From the NCBI GenBank assembly GCA_964016885.1, contig OZ024745.1, positions 29,636,001 through 29,700,000 on the forward strand: a DNA stretch of 64,000 bases, written 5' to 3'. Under the pieces are notes generated by a model that was given only the letters and a program-made list of their open reading frames with translations, was not told the DNA's origin and made no database searches. How positions within the stretch are numbered: the stretch's first letter is position 1; each line of letters opens with the position of its first letter. Positions 53,023-64,000 of this stretch are shown one piece after another. This DNA is from Eledone cirrhosa (taxonomy: Eukaryota). A program made the translations under genes and the position numbers.

Positions 53023-56000
53023 CATCATCATCATCATCATTTTACGTCCGCTTTTCCCTGCTAGCAAGGGTGGGACAGGTCCTATTCAGCACAGCATCTC
53101 TCCACTTGTCACGGGCCTTCGTCATCTCCACCATGAGCTTCAGCGATCTGAGGTCTGTTCTCACCACCTCCGCCCATGTTTTTTGTGGTCTACCTCTACC
53201 ACGTCTTCCTTCAACTGGCATTTCCTGGCACTTCTTCACCCATCAGACATCCTCCATGCGCATCACATGTCCATACCACCTCAGTCTTTTCTCTCGCACA
53301 CTAAATTCTATCCCTCTCAGACACAGTTTCTCTCTCAACACATCCATGTTGGGTCGTTCACACACATTGACATTGCACATCCAAGGGAGCATGCTTGCCT
53401 CATTTCTCTCCAGCCATCGCATATCCTCTGCAGTTGCTGCCCATGTCTCACTACCTTGCAGCATTGCGCTCCTCACACAGGCATCATATAACCGGCCTCT
53501 TGTATGCAGGGAGAAACCCTTCTTCATCAGCAGAGGGAGCGGCTCCCTAAACTTCTTCCAACCCATCCTTATTCTAGATACTATGGCCTCAGCACCCCCC
53601 CCCTCCCATGCTAATCTGATCTCCTAGGTACCGGAAGCTATCCACCACTTCTATAGCACCTGCCTGCATTTGAAAAATGTGTCTATCAATGCGAATTCTA
53701 CTGTCTAATTTCCCTGTACATCTACTGCATACGTATTTCTCCCTACCTGTTAGTTTGCCTGCTATCCCACTACATCTCTTGTGTACCCAGGATCTGCATT
53801 GTGTGCATTTTATAGAATTTATGCCAGTTCCTTTTCTGCATATCGAACATGGCCATTTCCCTGCCGGAATCGGAGTTTTGTCCTTTTTTCTACTCATCAA
53901 CACTTTTGTCTTAGCTAGGTTCACTCTCAGTCCTCTTGCTTCCAACTGCTGTTTCCATAGCTAGAATTTATTCTCTAGCTCCTCTACTGATTCTACTACA
54001 AGAACCAGATCATCAGCATAGAGAAGTTCCCATGGACAGCCAGTCTTAAACTCCTCTGTTATAGCTTGGAGGACTATAATGAACAAGAGCGGGCTGAGGA
54101 CCGAACCTTGATGTACTCCTACTTGTATCTGGAATTCCTCACTAAACTCCATTCCTACCCTGACTTTACTGACAGTACATCTGTACAAAGTTTACACTGT
54201 CCTCACAAGCCATTCCTCAACACCTAGTTTCCTTAGGGACCACCAGATGACAGATCGGGGTACCCTATCAAAGGTCTTCTCTAGGTCAACAAAGGCTTAT
54301 TCTTCTGTAAGAAACTCTCTTGTAATTGTCTCACCAAGAAGAGGGCATCTGTTGTACTTTTCCCAGGCTCAAAACCAAACTGCATCTCATCTAGTTTGGC
54401 CCTTTCTCTAATTAGTTGTGCTAATATCCTTTCTGCCACTTTCATAACCCGATCCATCAGTTTTATACCCCTATAATTGCTCCTCTCCAGAGCATCCCCT
54501 TTACCTTTGTAGCAATTTATGAGAATACTGCTGCACCAGTCTTTGGGTATGACACCACCATATATAGCCTGATTGATGATGCGTGCAACCAGTTTAGTGC
54601 CTACGTCCCCTGATGCCTTCAGCATCTCAGCAACTATCCCTGACAGTCCAGCAGCCTTACCATTTTTCATTTCCTTAATTGCCTCTTGGACCCCTATATT
54701 CGTCGATCTCAATAGCTGGTCGGATCTACCAAGGGTAATTTCTCTCTCTCCCATTCGTTCTCCACATTCATCAGTCTCTCATAATGACATTTCCAGGCCT
54801 CCTTTTTCTGATCATTCGTGACATTAAGTACACTGGCATCATTCTGGACACATTTATCTCCAACAACATCCTGACTTGCATTGACACACTGCCTTGCAAT
54901 ATGGAACACCGCACGCCTCTGATCTTCCCATCGCAGAACATTGGCAAACCTCCTACTCTCAGCCTCCCTGCGTGCTAAGTACACCAGAGGTCTAGCTTCT
55001 CTCTTAGCGGCTGTATATCCTTCTCTACTCCCACCCTTTTCCCAAGCCTTCCATGCTAGTCTTTTGTCTCTAATGGCCTTATCTACTGTGCTTTTCTACC
55101 ACCAGGTCACTCTCTGTCTGGTTGGAGCTCTGCTCCAGTCACAAGTTTCATCAGTAGCCTGAAGTAAATTATCACGTAAGAAATTCCAGTTATTATCTAT
55201 GTCATACGACTCTAAATCGTCTTCTTTTTCGTCATACACATCTTGAAGAGCTTTCCTAAATTTGTATTTTAGTGAAAGGTCTTTTAGCTTCCAGACCTTT
55301 CTTCTCCACATCTTCCTGTATGTCTCATTCTATCTCTTGCTTACTGAGATATCACTAACGACTAACCTATGCTGTAGGGTACGTTCTTCCCCAGGGTATG
55401 CCTTGGTATTTGACACCATCTGCCCGTCCCACTGCCTAACTAGTAAGAAGTCAATCTGGCTTATGTGCTCACCTGATTTGTCGGTTATTAGGTGGTTGGC
55501 AGGTTTCTGGAAGTTAGTGTTGCACATATTCAGTGTACTTGCATCACAAAATTCAAGAAGTCTCACTCCTTCTTCATTTCTTGAGCCGTAACCGTGTCCC
55601 CCATGTACCCCAGTGTAACCATCCTGGAGCTGTCCAAAATGGCCATTGAAGTCCCCTGTTAGCATAACGATGTCTCCGTCCTCTGTCATTGTGGCTGTTT
55701 GTAAAAGTTGCTCGTAAAAGCAGTCTTTCTCTTCTTTACCTAGGCCTGCTTGGGGAGCATAGGCAGAGATAATTGTCAGTAGTCTGTTGCCTACAACTAA
55801 TCTAAGCTTAATTATTCGATTACTAACTCGAACTACCTCTATTGTCTTATTGATCCATCTCTCAGCCAGGAAAATGCCTACTCCCCCTAACTCATCATCC
55901 TTACCTACCCAGAAAAGCTTATAACTAAGATGTTTGCCTGCGATTCTCTCGCAGACGCACCTCTCCATCTCACCTCTTGCATGCACCACTCATCCACATG

Positions 56001-56065
56001 CCTTCTCTCCAGCATCTCCGCTATTTCACTAGATTGCCAACATTAAGTGTTGCAACTCTGAGATG
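53022..56065 (-). mobile_element. Near full-length but disrupted RTE-clade LINE (APE endonuclease and RT) with (GAT)n tail
   Basis: Successive ORFs give RVATLNVG; GVGIF..ISAYAPQ..GDFNGH..QIDFLL (APE); NYRGIKL..QFGF; GVHQGSVLSPLLF..LLYADDL (RT); FRYLG; LRWYGHVMRM; RGRP. Broken by stops and frameshifts. Confidence 0.93.
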
Positions 56066-56487
56066 TGACGTCTTCATATTTTCGTTGTTCCTATCTATTT
56101 GTTGCTGTGCTCATAATTGTTTTGGCATTGATGCACTGGTTGGATGCTCTTCCTAACACCAGTGCCACTTTACAGCATGGACTGGGTGCTTTTATTTGTG
56201 CCACCAGCACTAGAGAGGATGTCTTACTGGACTCATGGGCCCCCTCTACCCCTCCATTTTACAGCATGGTCATAACAAAAAAAATATATATATATATACA
56301 CACATACACAAACACATCTATATATATATAATGTGAGGAGTGTGTGCGTATTATGTATATATATATATATATATATATATGCATAAACCATTATGTATGT
56401 TTGTGTTCATTATACTTTTAACTAGTTCCATTAAATGTGTTTATGTTGCACACATATGCATACATGCATTTTTGTGTGTGTGTATGT

Positions 56488-56520
<33 letters not shown>

Positions 56521-56877
56521 GTCGTCGTTTAACGTCTATCTTCCACACTAGCATGGCTTTAGTATGTGTCTGCAATATATAAGTGTATGTGCGTGTGTGT
56601 GTGTGGGGGGGGGGGGACTATTATAAATATGAGTGTATACTTATGCACATATGTGTATAAATGTGAGCATGCAGATATGTATAACTGTGTGCATGCGTAT
56701 GTGTTTGTGTCTACACCATGTCTAGTATACTGTGTTGTGATTGGTGCAAAATAAGCTGTTCTAACCCCCATTATCAGGACTGATGTGTCATAGTATTGAG
56801 AGGTTAGGTTCAGGAGTACAGCAAAGGGTTCAGGGCTACAAACAACAAGACTTACTTCTTCTCTAAACCTGTATTTA

Positions 56878-57520
56878 ATGGTGGTGGTGATGGTGGTGGT
56901 GGTTGTGCTGGTGGTGACAGTGGTGGTGATGGTGGTGGTGGTGACGGTGGTGGTGATGGTGGTGGTGGTGCTGGTGCTGGTGGTGACGGTGGTGGTGATG
57001 GTGGTGGTGGTGACGGTGGTGGTGATGGTGGTGGTGGTGCTGGTGCTGGTGGTGACGGTGGTGGTGATGGTGGTGGTGGTGACGGTGGTGTGATGGTGGT
57101 GGTGCTGGTGCTGGTGGTGCTGGTGCTGGTGGTGGTGCTGGAGGTGGTGATGGTGGTGCTGGTGGTGATGGTGGTGGTGGTGGTGCTGGTGCTGGTGGTG
57201 CTGGTGGTGATGGTGGTGCTGATGGTGGTGGTGGTGCTGGTGGTGCTGGTGGTGCTGGTGGCGATGGCAGTGGTAGTGATGGTTGTGGTGGTGGTGGTGA
57301 TGGCAGCAGTGGTGATGGCAGTGGTAGTGATGATTGTGGTGGTGGTGGTGATGGTGGTAGAGGTGATAGCAGTGGTCATTATGATGAATGTTGTGGTGAT
57401 GGTGATGGTGTTGGCAGTGTCGTCGTCAGTCATTATGATCATGGTGTTGATGTTAATGGTAGTGGTGGTATTAGTGGTGCTGATGGTGGTGATTATTGAG
57501 TAGTGTTGTTGTTAGTGGTA
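56878..57520. repeat. (GGT/GCT/GAT)n trinucleotide tract
   Basis: Directly visible. Confidence 0.92.
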
Positions 57521-58640
57521 GTGAAGTGGAGGGCTATAGTGAGGTAGGGTGTTGGAGGGAACAATATGTAGATGGTGCTGGTTGTCTCTACACCCAATTT
57601 CTTCTATGATTCACTCACCAATGATTGGTGTTGTTTGTTTTGCCCCGAGTCAGTCATGACCCAGCAGATATATGATCAAAGGCATTCCATATATGGTAGT
57701 ATCAGTCAACTGGAAGCTCCAATTTGCATAGATTATGCACTAAAGTAGATAAAACATGTTAGTGTTTTACATGTGGTAAAGGAGTTTGCTTTGCAACCAT
57801 AGTTTCAGATTCAGTCCCACTGCACAGAACCTTGGACAAATGTCTTCTACTACAGCGTCGGGTTGACTAATGCCTTGAGAGTGGAATTTGGTACGTAGAA
57901 ATTGTGTGGCGGCTGTGTTTGTTTATGTCCTAGTGATTTAGCTGCTTGACAAAAAGAGATTGATAAAGTAACAGACTTGAAAAAAGAGTAATGCATTGCT
58001 CCAGTCTAATGACTGAAGTCAGTAAAAGAGTAAAAGAAAAAGAAACGAATTTATGCTTCTTTGGTTAAATCATGTTTTCTGTCTGTACAGCTATACTAAC
58101 ATGTATTTTTTTTTGGTGGTGGTGGTGGGGGGGGGGGGGTTATAATTCTACATTGAGTATTCCTCGGTGGACTAAGACACATGTATACAATTTCTGAGGG
58201 TGACTTCCTCTAGATTTGAATCAGATTAGTTACTTCTCTTTCTGTTCATGGAGAAATCCATAAAATAACATGTGTACATATAGCAGTATCTTATTTACAC
58301 ATTTAAACAGCTTTGGTTAAACATACAGACAGGAGCAAGACATAAGATTGTAGAGTGTTGTATTTTACTGGAAGCATTGTGTAAAGTGTAGAAAATAAGA
58401 CAAGGATTTGGGACCCATTGATGTCACCTTTTTCCACTGAGAATAATGGGCATACAACATCATATAGATGAGTATTGGTGCTACAGTCCATGGTCCTGGA
58501 TACTCAGTAATAAGGATGGGAAGAGACCAGACCTTGTGTTGTATGTTTGTTTAGTAAACAGGTGAAAATTCACATTTTTTTTAGTTCTTTTAATGCTTTC
58601 AAAAAATACATTTGGATCATAATTTGATTTTTATTTTGTA

Positions 58641-59110
58641 CTAGCAGTGGTACCCGGCGTTGCACGGGATAAGGTATTTTGGAACGCAGGCTGCCAACAG
58701 ACCTAATCGTGGAAAAACTGCATGCCTGGACAATATGTAAAGAAAATAAACCGAAAAAAGCCCTAAAAAGCTGAAAAAATGGAGTTTTTCACCTAATGCG
58801 TACCCTAGGCCATAAAAAAAGTTGGATTTTCTTTGCTCACGGTATGAAGAAGAGACTGACTAATACATACTTACAATTTCAAGGAAATCGGTCCGGCATA
58901 ACGCCTCAAAAAAACCCTAAAAAGCTTAAAAAACGCAGTATTTCACCTAGGGGATCAAAAAGTTGAATTTTTATGTGCATAACACTCCCTGAAACATAAG
59001 TAATATACATGTAAAGTTTGAAACAAATCGGTTGGGTACTTCTTGAGTTTTAGGGATTCAAACTCACAGACGCACACACGGACAGACATCCTCAGTTTTA
59101 TATATATAGA
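58641..59110 (-). mobile_element. Non-autonomous Helitron, 470 bp
   Basis: Minus strand starts TCTATATATATAAAAC and ends CCCGTGCAACGCCGGG (hairpin) TACCACTGCTAG|T. Confidence 0.8.
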
Positions 59111-59675
59111 CTAGCAGAAAACCACCCGTGGGCGGTTTTCTGCTAGTATATATATATATTACACACACAGAAATGTATATATATTTCTGTGTGTGTATAT
59201 ATATATATATATATATTACACACAGAAATGTATATATATTTCTGTGTGTATATATATATATATATTACACACACAGAAATGTATATATATTTCTGTGTGT
59301 ATATATATATATTTCTTTGTGTGTATATATATATATATATATTACACACACACAGAAATGTATATATGTTTCTGTAGCACTCCTCAATTCCCCCCCTCTC
59401 TCCCTCCCGCTATCCCCCCCTTGTAGTCTGTCTCTTTCTTTCACTCTCACTCTCTCTCTACGCGTGCGCAAAAAACATTCGCACGCGCGCACGTGTTTTA
59501 GCGTCTATTCACTCTCTCTCCCTCTCTCCCTTCCGCTACCCCCTCTCGTAGTCTGTCTCTTTCTTTCACTCTCACTCTCTCTCTACGAGTGCGCAAAAAA
59601 CATTCACACGCGCGCACGTGTTTCCACTGTCGGACAGACAGACAGAGAAATTGCTGGTTATATATTAAAAGGAGA
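59111..59675 (-). mobile_element. Probable second non-autonomous Helitron with internal tandem repeats
   Basis: Minus strand starts A|TCTCCTTTTAATATATAA...(CTGT)n and ends GGTTTTCTGCTAG. Contains TA-rich units and a ~120-bp duplication. Confidence 0.55.
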
Positions 59676-59699
59676 TTAGAATATATTATTCTATATCGG

Positions 59700-59885
59700 T
59701 GAATTAGCAGTATCGGTAGAGGGTTGGACGCCATGCTTTGATGCATAGAGTTACCGCCCTTGCCATTCTGAGTTCAAATCCCGCCTAGGTTAACTTTGCC
59801 TTTCATCCTTACGGGGTCGATAAAATAAAGTACCAGTAATGCACTGGGATAATTGCTGGCCTTGTGCCAAAAGTAGAAACAATTA
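59700..59885 (+). mobile_element. tRNA-derived SINE
   Basis: GAGTTCAAATCC B-box; highly similar to 60405-60583. Confidence 0.8.
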
Positions 59886-60404
59886 TTCTATATCACCACC
59901 ATCATCATTACCATCATCATCATCATCATCATGTCATCATCATCATCCAACCCATGCTGGAATGGGTTGCCACAGTCAGAGACTAGAAGAGTTGAAGAAA
60001 TCTCACCTTACTCATACATTCCATATTTGGCATAATTCCTACAGCCGGATGTCCTTCTTAATGCCAGCAACCTTACAAGGTGAACTATTATTTTTAAATC
60101 TTTATAAAAGCAAGGATGTGTGTGTGTCTGTGTACAACTTTACATGCATAAGGCTTTCACAATTACCAACTGAATTTGACCAAATTTTCTGTACACGTTG
60201 CACAGGTCGCTAAGATTGTCACATCACAAACATTTTTCAAATCGACCCACGTTGGGCAATAAAAAATCGATATCAAAATTATCGGTAGAAAAATTGATGT
60301 AAGGGAGATAACAAACTTTATTGACAATCCTTATAAAAAGGGGAGATAACGAACTTTTCAGAAATATAAACATCACATTCATTAATAAATTACTAATATT
60401 GTGG

Positions 60405-60583
60405 ATTGGCAGTATCGGTAGAGGGTCGGACGCCATGCTTTCCAGCATAGTTACGTCCCTTTACGATCTGAGTTCAAATCCCGCCGAGGTTGACTTTGCC
60501 TTTCATCCTTACGGGGTCGATAAAATAAAGTACCAGTAATGCACTGGGTAATTGCTAGCCTTGTGCCTAAAGTAGAAACAATT
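60405..60583 (+). mobile_element. tRNA-derived SINE inside the Helitron
   Basis: GAGTTCAAATCCCGCC B-box and a body shared with the other copies in the window. Confidence 0.8.
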
Positions 60584-60898
60584 ATCGTTTGTTTCTTTGT
60601 TTATTCTTTGTTGCACTTTCAAAGTAAAAAAAAACACTTGTTGTTTTAACTAGTTTCACTATATTAAGAGTTAATTTTCGCGTTAAGGGCATAATCTTGC
60701 AGCAGTCTCGATTTGATGAGATTTTGATGATGGTTTGTTTATTTTTAGAACAATCGTTATGAGACTTTCCATTCAAACCATTGGTACCTACAACTTTTAG
60801 ATTTTTAAAACTTTCATAAGCAAAGGCATGTTGATACAAAAAAAAAATTTGTTGCACTTTCAAAGTTAACTGTAACGCTTTACAACTTTTCACCAAAT

Positions 60899-61204
60899 AT
60901 GCCCCGTAAAAGAAAGTATTCACATATTGGTTATCGGTCGAAGAAAACAATGCGTGTAAATGAGGCTCCGCCGATAACCGAAAATAGACAATCACTAAAT
61001 GCGGTGAGTACAGTTATTGAAACATCTTTGTCCGCCGCTGAGCGTCGGTTAGTGCGGCGAACCAATAATGCTGAAGCAACTGCTGCAGCACGAGCTGCAG
61101 AGACTACAGAGCAACGTGAAACACGCCTTGCTATGCATGCTACAGATACTGCTGCAGCAAGATCTGCAGAGACAGTACAAAAATATGAAAGGCAGCAACT
61201 TTGA
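60899..61204 (+). pseudogene. Probable Helitron RepHel N-terminal fragment
   Basis: MPRKRK start and repeated AARAAET..QRETRL-type units, directly followed by the helicase fragment in another frame. Confidence 0.55.
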
Positions 61205-62367
61205 TCCCTGGTGGAAGGACGGCACATTCAGTTTTTAAATTGGCCCCAAAATTGGAAACTCCTACTTGTCATATCACCAAAGACTCCGAAAGGGCTCATC
61301 TGCTGCGAAGATGTCACCTTATTGTTTGGGATGAGTGCACAATGACGCACAAAGGTGTTCTTGAGGCACTAGACAGGTCTTTGCAAGACATACGGGATTG
61401 CAGTGATGTTATGGGGGGTGTCACCCTTCTGCTATCAGGAGACTTCAGACAGACTCTTCCTATAATACTGAAAGGAACAAGAGCAGATGCGGTAAATGCA
61501 TCTCTTAAGTCTTCACCATTGTGGCGACAAGTGACATCATTAAGACTAACTACCAACATGCGTGCAAGGTTGCATGGGGACCCTCTGTCATCAACATTTT
61601 CTGGAGACATTCTTACAATAGGAGATGGTAACCTGCCACCGGATACAGATGGACACATAGCAATTGATCACATCTGCAATGTAGTTGAAACTGTCGATGA
61701 TCTCAAGGCGAGTGCATTCCCGAACTTGCATGATAACTATACGAATCTTGATTGGCTATGCGAAAGAGCCATTCTTGCACCCCAAAATATCACGGTTAGC
61801 TGTATTAACGATCAGCTTCTTCAGCTTCTTCCTGGATGTCCACGGATATATAAATCTATTGATACTGTATGTGATCCACAGGATGCGGTCAATTATCCAG
61901 TTGAATTTCTAAATTCTTTAAATCCTCCTGGTTTACCTCCTCATACATTGGTTCTGAAAGAGGGAATTCCAGTTATTTTGCTGAGAAATATCACTCCTCC
62001 AAAACTCTGCAATGGTACACGCCTTGTGGTTAAAAAACTGTCTCCACTTAGTATTGACGCTACCATTCTATCCGGGTGTGGAAAAGGCGAGGATGTGATA
62101 ATAACAAAAATTAGCCTGACTACATCAGGCGTGGATACTCCCTTCTCCTTTCGCTGAACCCAATTTCCCCTTCATGTTACCTTTGCGATGTCCATAAACA
62201 AGTCGCAAGGTCAAACTCTGTCCGTCGCTGGAATTCACTTGGATGAACCTTGTTTTTCGCACGGACAATTCTACGTTGCCTGCTCACGAGTTGGCAGTAG
62301 AGATAATCTCTTTGCGTTTGTTCCGAAAAGAAAAACAAAGAATATCGTCTATCCTCAAGTGCTTTAG
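61192..62367 (+). pseudogene. Helitron Pif1-family helicase fragment
   Basis: AATLIPGGRTAHS, LIVWDECTM, GDFRQTLP, LTTNMR, LCNGTRL; premature TGA at 62155-62157; then in-frame QFPL..FAMSINKSQGQTL..FSHGQFYVACSRV..NIVYPQVL*. Walker A and Rep domains are absent. Confidence 0.92.
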
Positions 62368-63289
62368 TGTTAACAAAAAAACTTATTACAACTCCGACTT
62401 GACTTCACCTTACTCATTACAAAACATACCAATGAATATGTCATGCAGGATATTTTGGATTATAAGTTAAAAATTTAACCATACACAGCAAAGGATGCTC
62501 TCAAAGAATAGATTTTCTCTTATTCTACTCTCATTGTTTTTTTGTTTGTATACAACTCTGCTTTCATTACAACTTTTTGTACTTTAGCAAAACTACCTGT
62601 TTTTTTACAGATTTGCAATGTGTATTGTCTTTAATCATTTGTATAACTACATCCTGTTCAGTGTTTTCCTTCATTATCAACATAGTTTTATGTGTACAAA
62701 GATTGCACTAAATATTCGTTTGCATTAATTATTGAAGACTTCTGCTTATTTTGACAGGTTGGGGACAAATAATGTTCTTCTTTTACTTCCTAGCTGTATA
62801 TTCTTAGCATAATTTCAAACTCCGAGCAACGCCGGGTAAATCTGCTAGTATAATAAAAAAAAAATATATATATTTCAGAGTTGTACATATCTAACAAGTT
62901 CTTGACATTGCACTGTGTGTTGAAACTAAATTAATTATATCATTGAAGTCTTCTTTCAGATGTTAAAAAACACACAAAATTTGTTAAATTGATTTTATAT
63001 GCATCATTCATTTTTGTGATAAAGGTTTCATTGTACTCTGTGTGACCTGACCACCACTTGATGACCTAGTTCCACTGAAACAGGGCAACAACAAATTTTT
63101 ACAGCAAGAAATAAATGATAAATTTAATCTCAATTTAAGAGTTTTCTCCGCTTTCTAATATAATTCTATAACAATGTGATTGCAAAATATATGATATTCT
63201 TGCCATGCTCTTTTCCCTATCACTACATCATTGCTTCTCTTTACCAAGTTTTGGATAAAACAGTTGCCCATGTGTTTGTGTCAGGATGA

Positions 63290-63850
63290 AAAATACCCAG
63301 CCTTATTTGTAAAGTGGTAATGCTGGTGCCATGATAAAATGTGTGCAGTACACTCTGTAAAGTGATAGTGCTGGTGCATGATAAAATACACCCAGCCCAC
63401 CTTGTAAAGTGGTAGTGTTGGTTTCATGATAAAATATACCCTGCTTACTCAATAAAGTGGTAGTGCTGGTGTCACAATTAAATGTATCCACTCCACACTG
63501 TAAAGTGGTAATGCTGGTGTTATGATAAAATGTATCAAATCCACTCTGTAAAGTAGTAGTGCTGATGTCATGATAAAATACACCCAGCCAACCCTGTAAA
63601 GTACACTCTGTAGAGTTGTGCTAGTATTATGATAAAATACACCCAGTACATGCTGATGCCATGGTAAAAAGTATTCAGTTTAATCTGTAAGATGGCAGGA
63701 GTTAGGAAGGGCATCTAGCTGTAGAAACCAAGCCAAATAGAATATATCAGCTATATGTTATAATTTGACCTGTCTTGTTCCAGAATGTGGTAACCCATCT
63801 AACCAAGACCAGAATGGAACATGAGCATAAAATTGTGATGATGATGAGGG
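63290..63850 (+). mobile_element. RTE-derived short element with an expanded ~41-bp minisatellite
   Basis: About 9 units, then TAGGAAGGGCATCTAGCTGTAGAAAC, then a degenerate RTE-like tail and (GAT)n. Confidence 0.6.
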
Positions 63851-64000
63851 TTAAAAAGTTGATGATGATGTTGATGGTAATGATGATAATGATGATGGTG
63901 ATGGTGGCAATGATGATATTGAAAGCAATGGTGGTGGTGGTGGTGGTGGTGGTGATGATGATGATGATGGTGACAATGAAAACAGTATATTTACAAAATA

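Larger units (their letters stand above)
60099..62848 (+). mobile_element. Internally deleted Helitron, about 2.75 kb
   Basis: A|TC start inferred at 60099; ends with CCGAGCAACGCCGGG hairpin-like motif then TGCTAG|T; encodes a Pif1-like helicase fragment. Confidence 0.85.

Noticed and set aside
56852-57503. Thr/Pro-rich mucin-like ORF or chitinase linker
   Set aside because: It is a microsatellite and lies upstream of the chitinase start, so it cannot be the C-terminal linker.
59700-60583. tRNA genes
   Set aside because: The B-box motifs belong to multi-copy SINE heads; no complete cloverleaf is seen.
61201-62157. Host PIF1 helicase gene
   Set aside because: Intronless, truncated, interrupted by a stop, and enclosed by Helitron termini.

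Overview
Repeat-rich animal genomic DNA, most likely from a mollusc and probably an octopus-type cephalopod (inferred from repeat content, not verified). Bases 1 to ~30,570 are one array of about 1,160 copies of a 25-bp satellite (consensus GACACAGA[C/G]ACAGTACAGTGTCTTG). The array is interrupted by four near-identical 363-bp AT-rich islands and built from nested higher-order duplications (offsets 7,577, 2,273, ~2,676, 2,008, 1,025 and 600 bp). A secreted GH18 chitinase gene on the minus strand can be assembled from seven phase-consistent GT-AG coding exons (39,057 to 31,176; 357 codons; intact [10 protein letters not shown] motif). Its last visible exon ends at a donor site before the barrel is complete, so the whole satellite appears to lie in one intron of more than 31 kb. 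The rest of the window is transposon debris and simple repeats: CR1-type, RTE-type and R4/Dong-type LINE fragments, tRNA-derived SINEs, a hAT MITE, a cluster of Helitron derivatives, and mini- and microsatellites. The hundreds of Cys/Thr-rich ORFs over the satellite are artefacts of the repeat.
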